This document shows, one piece after another, positions 39,309 to 47,843 of a stretch of 64,000 nucleotides of DNA. The stretch spans positions 4,064,001 to 4,128,000 of the forward strand of contig OZ242383.1 of NCBI GenBank assembly GCA_965209155.1, written 5' to 3'. A program made the position numbers and the translations under genes. Within the stretch, counting starts at the first letter, position 1. Each line of letters begins with the position of its first letter. This DNA is from a bacterium. Its GTDB lineage: Bacteria; SAR324; NAC60-12. A model generated the notes under the pieces. It searched no databases and was not told the origin of the DNA. It saw nothing but the letters and a program-made list of their open reading frames with translations.

Positions 39309-39566
39309 ATGGCTGAAGAGGTAAAAAACGATGAGAGTCGTTCTTTTAAGCTCAAAGTGAATGGCATTGAAATTGAAGTTTCTTCTCAAAAACTAATTGC
39401 AAAAGAAGTTTTGAAACTCGCAGAAGAAAAAGGAGCAATCCCCGGTAAAGCGGAAGGTTATATCTTGCAGGGAGACAAAGGACAGTATAAAGACGATGAC
39501 CCGGTTGATCTGGAGGAAGACAGCCAATTCATCACGATTCCCGACAAACCCACCCCGGTAGCGTAG
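39309..39566 (+). CDS. Ubiquitin-like (multiubiquitin-type beta-grasp) protein
   Basis: FKLKVNG...EVLKLA...Y.L...DDPVDL...FIT pattern; AGGAG RBS; precedes E2-like and E1-like genes. Confidence 0.75.
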   Translation: MAEEVKNDESRSFKLKVNGIEIEVSSQKLIAKEVLKLAEEKGAIPGKAEGYILQGDKGQYKDDDPVDLEEDSQFITIPDKPTPVA

Positions 39567-39577
39567 CTTTTTCTGAG

Positions 39578-39952
39578 ATGTCCAACAGTATAGAACAGAT
39601 TAAAACCGAGTTGGAATCCTTGGGACATGAGACCTCCCTGTTTGATAGCCCACAAGGAAAAGCGGTTTCTTTCGACTATACCGTCGAGACGGGTCCCTAC
39701 AAAGGCAAGCAAGTCAGGCTGGGTATCAGCTTTCAAGGAAGCGAACCTTATCCTGAATATCCTCCCCACTGGGTTCATGTATCTCCGCCAATTGACGATG
39801 GCAGAGGAGGAGTGGTTGAAAAATACGACGTAAACGGGTGCGAATGGCTCGCAATGAGCAGGCCCCCCGGGGAAATATGGGACCAGCTACCGACAAAGCA
39901 CATGGCCGCCTACCTGAATGAACATTTACGACGAATCTGGATAAATGCATGA
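39578..39952 (+). CDS. Prokaryotic E2/UBC-like protein
   Basis: YPEYPPHW (YPxxPP flap), W..MSR and terminal helix AYLNEHL. Confidence 0.75.
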   Translation: MSNSIEQIKTELESLGHETSLFDSPQGKAVSFDYTVETGPYKGKQVRLGISFQGSEPYPEYPPHWVHVSPPIDDGRGGVVEKYDVNGCEWLAMSRPPGEIWDQLPTKHMAAYLNEHLRRIWINA

Positions 39953-41430
39953 GGTTCGAGACCGTTCTCACCGCCGAGGCGGATTCTACCTCCAGCAAGC
40001 ACTTGTTGCAACATTACCGGTGCAATAATCTTCAGGAAGATCTTTGCTTCGCTCTGTGGCGTCCTTCTACGGGACGATTGCGTCTCACCGCGTTGATTGA
40101 CGAAATCATTCTTCCCCTGAAAGGTGAACGTATCCTGCATGGCAATGCCAGCTTCCAACCCCACTACCTCGCGCGGGCGATGAAAATAGCGCGTAAAAAA
40201 AAAGTGGGACTGGGTTTTATGCATAGCCACCCGAATCCCGGATGGCAGGGGATGAGTGACGCTGATATCGAAGCAGAGCGGGACGTTCTGGCTTACCCGG
40301 CGGGGGCGACGGGCTTGCCTTTGGTGGGATTGACAATTGGTACCGATGGTTACTGGAGCGCGCGCTTCTGGGAAAGAGACCCCTGTCCGTCAGGCAGACA
40401 GGCTGGACGAATGCGCCGTCATTGGTGCGAGAAAGTTCGAGTCATCGGACCGCAATCCTACAAGATTTACTTCAACGACAACATCGCGCCCTCCCCGCGA
40501 CGGAGGGATATTCTCAGGCGTACTTTCGACACATGGGGACGTGAATCGCAAAACACGATTGCACGTTTGAAAGTTGGTATTGTGGGACTTGGCAGCGTCG
40601 GTTGCATCGTCGCGGAAGCCGTCGCTCGAATCGGAATCACGCAAGTTACGCTGATCGATCCCGATAAAGTCGAAGAGCACAACCTCGACCGTCTGCTTTA
40701 TGGTACTGTAAAAGATGTCGGTAAATTAAAGGTGGATATAGCCGCTCGAGCGATGCGGCGCAATGCCACCGCAGAAAGAATCCAAATTACTACTCTTCCA
40801 GTTTCAATTCACAACGAATCGGCTTATAAAGCGGCCCTGGATTGCGACGTACTCTTCAGTTGCGTCGACCGGCCGCTTCCCCGAGACGTTTTGAATTACA
40901 TCGCGCTGGCTCATTTGATTCCGGTCATTGATGGAGGAATCGCCGTAGAAAGCGACAGACGGCAAGACCGTTTGTTTTCGGCGCACTGGCGTGCGCACAT
41001 CGTCACTCCGTATCATCAATGCCTGCGTTGCAACGGGCAATACAATTCCAGCATGGTGGTAATGGAATTGGACGGGTCGCTTGACGACCCGTCTTATATC
41101 AGCAATTTGCCTCCTGAAGAGCGGATAGGTAACCAGAATGTTTTTCCATTCAGTTTGGGCGTTGCCGGGATGAAAGTGAATTTGATGCTTCGGTACCTGC
41201 TCGCCTGCGATTGGTGGCCATTGGTGAGACAACAGGACTACCAATTCGTAACTGCTAAAACACGTATCATCAATGGCGAATGTCACCCCAACTGCTCAAT
41301 CCATCAACGTAGTGCGCAGGGAGATGCGGGAAACCCACAATACTTAATCCATGAACCCAAGGAATCGCCAAAATTGAGATGGCGTGCAATTTGGCAGCAC
41401 TTCATCAAGATTTTCTATAAGGAATCGTAG
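39949..41430 (+). CDS. JAB/JAMM peptidase fused to ThiF/E1-like adenylation domain
   Basis: QEDLCFALW and HSHP...MSDAD (JAMM); GLGSVG, DPDKVEEHNLDR, SCVD, CLRC and CHPNC (ThiF). Confidence 0.9.
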   Translation: MRFETVLTAEADSTSSKHLLQHYRCNNLQEDLCFALWRPSTGRLRLTALIDEIILPLKGERILHGNASFQPHYLARAMKIARKKKVGLGFMHSHPNPGWQGMSDADIEAERDVLAYPAGATGLPLVGLTIGTDGYWSARFWERDPCPSGRQAGRMRRHWCEKVRVIGPQSYKIYFNDNIAPSPRRRDILRRTFDTWGRESQNTIARLKVGIVGLGSVGCIVAEAVARIGITQVTLIDPDKVEEHNLDRLLYGTVKDVGKLKVDIAARAMRRNATAERIQITTLPVSIHNESAYKAALDCDVLFSCVDRPLPRDVLNYIALAHLIPVIDGGIAVESDRRQDRLFSAHWRAHIVTPYHQCLRCNGQYNSSMVVMELDGSLDDPSYISNLPPEERIGNQNVFPFSLGVAGMKVNLMLRYLLACDWWPLVRQQDYQFVTAKTRIINGECHPNCSIHQRSAQGDAGNPQYLIHEPKESPKLRWRAIWQHFIKIFYKES

Positions 41431-42463
41431 ACATCTTGATTTCTGTACCGTACAATTTAGCTTTATCTAGAAGGGCTTTGAGGCAATAATTTACACTATT
41501 GCGAAATTGTACACGAGGACCAAGTGTAATTATGTTTCCTGAACCAAATATATTGTGAACTTTGAGATCCTCAACTTCGTAATAATGCCTTATGTGCGAA
41601 GGAGCATTGTATTGTCCCCCAGACTCAAAGCAAATCTTTTTTCTAACAGAATCAGATTCAGGAATTACAAAGCGATATTCGTTTTCATATTCATACGCTT
41701 TATCCTTAAACAAATATCGGATCCCTTTCAAGTGATCCGCAACAATCCCTGCCAATATATCCTGAGCATCTATAAATGGTTTTCCGCGAATGCTTTCAAA
41801 CGGCTTTAGATAATTATATAGAGTATCCCAGACTGATTTAAGAAGCTGATCAGTACACTTCACCTCATCAGTACCGTAAAGGACTTTCCACAATAGACCA
41901 CTTGGTACCGTTAGCTTTAAAGAGCAACCTTCACCCTCTTTTCCGTAGGTTCGCCAATACACGAGATCATCACTCTCATCCCTTTCTGTCTTTTTTGTAT
42001 CGGGGCGAATGAATGAGGCGATATATGCGTGATGCGCGTTACTTGTCCTCAATAATTCTTGTCCGTTTACCAGCTTTAGATTCCGATAAAAATATTTTCC
42101 TTCATCCGGATCGTTGAAATGCGCAGAGTCATATAGTCGTAACGAAGCAGTCCGCCGTGCCATCGGAGCATCCTGACCTTTCATCGGAGCGTTTTCAAGC
42201 ATTGAAAGGAGTGTAGCGATACTCGTATAGTGAATGACATGAATTTTTTTCCCACCTTCAGATTCCTCGAGCCTATGACGATTTTCGATTTCACGACATA
42301 AGTCTTTCACTACGTCTTTCAGCATAGGACCCACAATATCGGACACATACCACTTACCGAGTTCAGGATTGCTTTCATAGTATTCATAATTATTCTCAAT
42401 GTGTTCTATACCTGCTGTTACTAACACTTTCAATTTCTCCATTTTCTCATCTGTCTTATTCAT
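41405..42463 (-). CDS. DUF2971 domain protein
   Basis: HYTS, FNDPDEG, DDLVYWRTYG..GEG and FKDKAYEYENEYR motifs. Confidence 0.85.
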   Translation of the reverse strand: MNKTDEKMEKLKVLVTAGIEHIENNYEYYESNPELGKWYVSDIVGPMLKDVVKDLCREIENRHRLEESEGGKKIHVIHYTSIATLLSMLENAPMKGQDAPMARRTASLRLYDSAHFNDPDEGKYFYRNLKLVNGQELLRTSNAHHAYIASFIRPDTKKTERDESDDLVYWRTYGKEGEGCSLKLTVPSGLLWKVLYGTDEVKCTDQLLKSVWDTLYNYLKPFESIRGKPFIDAQDILAGIVADHLKGIRYLFKDKAYEYENEYRFVIPESDSVRKKICFESGGQYNAPSHIRHYYEVEDLKVHNIFGSGNIITLGPRVQFRNSVNYCLKALLDKAKLYGTEIKMSTIPYRKS

Positions 42464-42614
42464 CTGGTCACTCCTTATGGGCAGACGAAATTGGTGTCTT
42501 GGTATAAAACCAATCCACCAGTGTAAATAAAATTGTGAGTCAATGCCGTCCTATAAGTATACGAAACTACAAGGAATTTTCACATATAAAACCTTCCAGG
42601 TTATTCGTAGAAAT

Positions 42615-43653
42615 TCAATCCTGCTGTCGCGTCAGCATGGCTGCGAAGTCTGTTGGCAGTTTGACCCCATTTTTCTGCTCGAAGTCCGCTACGCTTTCAT
42701 AGTCGTTATGAAATGCGGCGATGATGTCCACCCCTCTATCTCTGGCAGAGATCAGGTCGGACCTGGCTTTTTCCCATTCTTTCAGATGCAACCAGGCCTC
42801 ACCCCGATTGGCGTATGCCTCGGGATAATCTGGTTTCAGTTCTGTGACCTTTTCATAGTCCGCAATGGCAAGGTTAAACTCGCCTTTACGATAGTATGAA
42901 ATACCACGATTAAAATAAGCCACGGTATCATTTGGTTTCAGTTCTATAGCCTTGGTGTAGTGGCATATAGCGTTATCGTGAAGTCCTTTGTCTTGACAGG
43001 TTAACCCTTTATAAAACTCCGTGTAGGCACTCTGGTGGATGTCTTGATGTTTGATGAATCCCTGGAGGTCGTTGTAGATGGTTTGAGTAGACAGGCCGTG
43101 GTACTTTCGCAGGTGCTCCAAGATTGGTTGTTTGAGGTGTTTGGGGATAGTGATTACGTCGTCTGGCTCAAGAAAGCCCTGCGGTGGTCGCACGAAGAGG
43201 CTCTTTTGGGCGATGACGCGATTTCTGGGATTCCGAGGCCTGTTTATATGTTTTTCTATCGATTTTCTTTTTTGTAAGATAATTCTGCCGTTTTTGTCGT
43301 GAGAGCCATCGCAGGCAAAAAAAAGGGCTACAAGGTAATCGGTCGTAAAATCGATCAGGTTGGTTTTTCCGCCAAAGTGTTGCAGTTCGGTCAGGATTTC
43401 AAATTCGTCGGTTTCATGAGTATACTTTTTTGCCTTGTTGAGAATTTCTTGTTGGACCTTCTCAATATCAAAGTGCTCAGTCTCGATAAAAATTATATTG
43501 ACGGTAAAGGCTTGAGGAGACTTTCTCGAAGCATTCAGGTTCACCACGGTAAATGTAGTCGCCACCGGCTGATTTTTCCGCTATCTCGCGGATTATGTCC
43601 AAAACCTCGCTGAGTTTGTCGTTTTGAGGATGGGACGTGTCTGGTGCGTTCAT
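42615..43653 (-). pseudogene. FRG domain + TPR protein, frameshifted near 43495
   Basis: ATG 43653 gives ...GDYIYRGEP...VSSSLYR then stops. Another frame carries LQHFGGKTNLIDFT, NRVIAQKS and TPR repeats. Confidence 0.82.
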
Positions 43654-43742
43654 GATTTAATTTCCATCAATGTGATTTCTTCGCGGTCTGTTCTGTGAGT
43701 TGTCGTGGATTAATAATAACAGAAACCAAACGACTTGGGTTA

Positions 43743-45184
43743 TCATTCGTCAACGTTTGGGACCTCTGACATGGCTTTTTTGTATTCGGCAATCCATTCT
43801 TCCGCTTCTTTTTTGTTGTAGGAGCTGGTAATGGCACCGCTGTTTTCTGGTAGGCCAATACCGAACGGTTGGCTTACATATGGACTCAGCCTCTGTCGCA
43901 ACAAACCTGCTTTTTCCTCAGATAATCCTTTTTCAAGGGCATCCGCGGCTTTTTGGTATAATCCTCCGGACAATACACTCGACAGATCACCCTTTTTATC
44001 GATTGATCTTTCGATACGCTCTACGAAAGGGGTAGAAGAGGACCATTCTTGGATTCCGGCTCCTTTCAGGTTTGCCTTTTTTAGAAAGGTCCCAATTAGA
44101 GATGCATGAGAAAGTTTTGCTCCTTGCAATTGTGCCCCTGAAAGATATGCTCCCTCTAGATGCACGTTTGCAAGATTAGCTCCTTGCAGAAGAGCTTCGT
44201 GGAGATACGCTGCTTGCAAATGTGATCCCATAAGATTCGCTCCTGATAGTCGCGCTTGGGAAAGATTCGACCCTTGCAAGTACGCTGAGATGAGAACAGC
44301 GCCTTGTAGATTTGCCTGTTCGAGAAAAGCTTCTTCCAAGTGTACCTTTACAAGATTGGCTTCTTGCAATTGCGCCAATTTAAGCTCAGCTTTACTCAAG
44401 CTCGCTTGAGATAGAATTGCCGCCCGCAAACGCGCTCCCCTGAGATTGGCCCCGTTCAGCCAGCTATTCTGCAAGTTGATATGGAGACCTTTGAAAACGT
44501 CATGTTTTTGCACGAAAAGCAGGGTCAGCAGGCTTTGTACTTCTTCGGAGGGTTTCGACTGGTGGGTTTTGCGATATTCGTCCTCGCCCGTCGTGCGGCG
44601 AATATGGGCGCATAAAATGTCCAAGACGGTTTGACTCAAATCCGGGGTGTTCTGTGCCAGATGAAAGCGCTCGTCGGCGCCGCCCGAACTGTACATCCTT
44701 TGGTGAGCTTCATTCTTGGTGTCTTGCGCCAGATGAAAGAGTTCATAGGCACCGCCCAAGCGTACGGAGTCCGAGTCGTTTCCCAGGTGTTCGATGGCAT
44801 TTTTAAGGCGTTCCTGTCGCAGACCCTTTTCTGTGTTCTGGTTCGCTTTTGCCTGCTCCACCGTGGCTTTTGCCTGCGCTTTCGCAGTGTCTTCCATTGC
44901 TCTGGCACGCTTGTATGAAATCCAGGCTTGCAGGGTCAATAGAATGCCGCCCATACTGATTCCGAGAAATATGAGGATTTCGTTTTTTCTCCGGGCAAGC
45001 CCAAAAGCTGGCCAACGCACTCTTCAATTTTTTTGGAAACACTATTAGTGGATACCCCTGAAAACGGGCGAATACAATCTTCAACGACATCAGAAAACAT
45101 GACGGCCACGAAAACCACTGCCAACAGGACAAGGGCACTGATTAGCAGATATGAAGGCGTCCTGTTATCGGATTTTTCTGCCAT
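43743..45184 (-). pseudogene. Membrane-anchored pentapeptide-repeat protein, frameshifted near 44985
   Basis: N-terminal TM ORF 45184-44936; second frame carries AIEHLG..S.SVRLGG and many A.L.GA.L repeats. One extra A in the GAAAAAAC run would join them. Confidence 0.8.
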
Positions 45185-45267
45185 CTTTTAATCCCATAAG
45201 GTGGTGCACATCGTACCCTTCAAATTATTCCTGGATTATCTACGGTTGGATTCACAGTAACGGGAAA

Positions 45268-45783
45268 TTACTCATTGAGGTGGCAGATACCATTGATTTT
45301 TATAATAAAAGGCTGGACATTTGAATACTGCTGGCGACGCTTCCCTTCGAATTCAACTCGCAGTTTTTTTGATTTCAGAATTTTGAAATCCAATTTGAGT
45401 ATATCTTCACACGTATTTAAAAGTTTTAAATAGAGCACGGATACCAGTCGAGCGAACTTCTTGAATCTTTCCGGCTCTTTTCCAAAGGATCGATAGAGAT
45501 TCGGAATTGGAGATTCGGTTATTTGGGGGATACTTCCATATGGCGATGAGGCCTGACGAGAAATGAAATTCTCTAGCAGTTGATTGTATACATTGACTGT
45601 AGAAGGATTGGTAGTTTCCAGAGATTCATTGAGAAGAATCCTTTTTGCACGCATTTCAGCAATCTCATCTGGTGAAAATCCGGAGAACCCTATCTCACTG
45701 GATAAACCGGGGTTTTGCCTTCCTTGATCTTCCTTCAGAACGACTTCCCAAACGGTTTGGGAGCCAGATCTGGTTTGCATCAC
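45268..45783 (-). CDS. Hypothetical protein, probably a C-terminal fragment
   Basis: 171-aa AT-rich ORF with no convincing RBS and no recognised motif. Confidence 0.4.
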   Translation of the reverse strand: MMQTRSGSQTVWEVVLKEDQGRQNPGLSSEIGFSGFSPDEIAEMRAKRILLNESLETTNPSTVNVYNQLLENFISRQASSPYGSIPQITESPIPNLYRSFGKEPERFKKFARLVSVLYLKLLNTCEDILKLDFKILKSKKLRVEFEGKRRQQYSNVQPFIIKINGICHLNE

Positions 45784-46111
45784 TTCCTGCGGACTGACCC
45801 AGGCGACCTGCTTCTCTTGGAAAGATCTTCCCCGCCAACCCGGCAGTCCAGATCCATAAAAACGAAACGTCGACGTTCCTTCACATTTTAATGAATAGCG
45901 AATTTACCATCAAGCCTGTATTTCGAGTTACGCGTTGACAACCATACATAAGACAAAGTGTACTATTTCCGTCAAACCACTCCACAATCAGCTTAAGCTT
46001 GATTAGCCCATGTTGTTAGAGCATAATTTGCTGCTAATGATTCCAAATGTGAGAACCACCTCACAAACTCTAAATATTTTACGGTACGGAATCGTACCAA
46101 AGGGATTTGGA

Positions 46112-46969
46112 ATGGAAATAACGACGGATATATATCTTGGCGACAGCAAAGAGCAATTAAAACTGCTCAAAGATAATTCAGTTGACCTGATAGTCACCTC
46201 CCCGCCCTATGCCGATCAACGTAGAGGTACATATGGTGGTATTCATGCTGATGATTACGTAGAATGGTTTTTACCCATATCCGAGCAACTACTACGCGTT
46301 TTAAAGTCTTCAGGAACTTTTATACTGAATATCAAAGAAAAAGCGATGAAAGGAGAACGTTGTACTTACGTGATCGAGCTGATTCTGGAAATGCGAAAGC
46401 AAGGATGGCATTGGACGGAAGAATTCATATGGCATAAAAAAAATTGTTACCCTGGCAAGTGGCCTAATCGTTTTCGTGATGCATGGGAAAGACTGCTTCA
46501 ATTCAATAAAAATCGCAAATTTCACATGTACCAGGAGGAAGTTATGGTTCCGGTAGGTGATTGGGCAACCACACGACTGAGAAACCTTTCCGAAACCGAT
46601 AAAACCCGTGATAATTCAAAAGTTGGAAGTGGATTTGGTAAAAATGTTTCAAACTGGCTTAACCGGGATAAAACTTATCCAACGAACGTTCTGCACCTGG
46701 CCACTGAATGCAATAACAAAAATCACAGTGCCGCCTTTCCTGAAGCTTTACCGGAGTGGTTTATTAAATTATTTACGAAAGAAAAAGATTTGGTTCTTGA
46801 TCCGTTTATGGGGTCTGGAACTACGTTGTTTGTGGCAAACCGAATGAAACGAAATTCCATCGGTATCGACGTGGTTCCCGAATACTGTGAGATGGTTAGA
46901 AAAAGATTAAGCCCCGTCGAATTATATCTATTGGAACCAACAGCAGAATATGAAAAAGCTCAACCTTGA
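46112..46969 (+). CDS. Beta-class N4-cytosine/N6-adenine DNA methyltransferase
   Basis: Catalytic VTSPPY precedes the SAM-binding LDPFMGSGTT; H.A.FP motif. Confidence 0.93.
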   Translation: MEITTDIYLGDSKEQLKLLKDNSVDLIVTSPPYADQRRGTYGGIHADDYVEWFLPISEQLLRVLKSSGTFILNIKEKAMKGERCTYVIELILEMRKQGWHWTEEFIWHKKNCYPGKWPNRFRDAWERLLQFNKNRKFHMYQEEVMVPVGDWATTRLRNLSETDKTRDNSKVGSGFGKNVSNWLNRDKTYPTNVLHLATECNNKNHSAAFPEALPEWFIKLFTKEKDLVLDPFMGSGTTLFVANRMKRNSIGIDVVPEYCEMVRKRLSPVELYLLEPTAEYEKAQP

Positions 46970-47690
46970 AGATGTGTTGAAATACGTTGAGGAAAATATT
47001 GGTTTTTTTCATACAAAACGAATTCAAAACCTTGACAATTTAAAGCTGTCAAAAGTTCTCAAACGAAAGAATCCCTATCTTTTCAAAGCGAAATACGTGT
47101 TGACTGCCGAACAGATTGTAAGAGGATTGACTGATGCACATATCTCTTCGAATGAAGAAACTATTTTTGGTGATTGGCTGGAAGGGCTGGCAATTTTCAT
47201 TAACAGAAAGGTTTACAATGGATACAAGTCAGGTATCAGAGGAATTGATCTTGAATTTGACAGCAACAATACCAGATTTATCGTTACCATTAAATCAGGG
47301 CCAAATTGGGGTAATAGCTCGCAACAGGCCAAAATGGTCTCGGATTTTAGAACTGCAAAAAAAGTCCTGAGAACCAGTAATTCAAACTTGAATGTAATTG
47401 CTATAAACGGTTGTTGCTATGGAAGGGACAACAAACCGGATAAAGGAGATTATTTCAAATATTGTGGTCAACGGTTCTGGGAATTTATCTCTGGAGATAG
47501 TGAACTGTTTATGGGAATCATTCAGTCACTTGGACACAAAGCCAAGGAAAAAAATGACGTTTTTATAGAAGCATACTCTAATATGCTCAATAAATTTACT
47601 AGAGAATTCGCAGACACGTTTTGTGAAGATAATGGAAAGATTGATTGGGATAAATTAGTCCGCTACAACTCAGCAAAGAATGATTCTTGA
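46950..47690 (+). CDS. Type II restriction endonuclease (PmeII-like family)
   Basis: KRKNPYLF, ETIFGDWLE, GIDLEF, IKSGPNWGNS and CGQRFWEFISG; overlaps the MTase. Confidence 0.8.
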   Translation: MKKLNLEDVLKYVEENIGFFHTKRIQNLDNLKLSKVLKRKNPYLFKAKYVLTAEQIVRGLTDAHISSNEETIFGDWLEGLAIFINRKVYNGYKSGIRGIDLEFDSNNTRFIVTIKSGPNWGNSSQQAKMVSDFRTAKKVLRTSNSNLNVIAINGCCYGRDNKPDKGDYFKYCGQRFWEFISGDSELFMGIIQSLGHKAKEKNDVFIEAYSNMLNKFTREFADTFCEDNGKIDWDKLVRYNSAKNDS

Positions 47691-47843
47691 CACTTTTACC
47701 TTCCTCCAACGACTTCATTTCTTATTTGTATAGTCCAAGTATTCCTTACAGAGAAACAATGTGAAAACCTTGATGATTCCAGGGTGGTCATTTTATAAAC
47801 TGCCGTTAGTTAAATCAGTGACCATAATTTTCCTGGATTCCCG

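Noticed and set aside
38386..41430. CBASS type II, Pycsar or Thoeris
   Set aside because: No CD-NTase, cyclase or ThsA is present; the operon has its own Ubl and a JAB-E1 fusion rather than an E2-E1 Cap2.
45783..45880. Possible NUDIX/MutT C-terminal remnant (QEKQVAWVSPQEV)
   Set aside because: Too short, with no Nudix box to support it.
45935..45966. TTGACA...TACTAT promoter for the RM operon
   Set aside because: The spacer is 20 bp, too long for sigma70.
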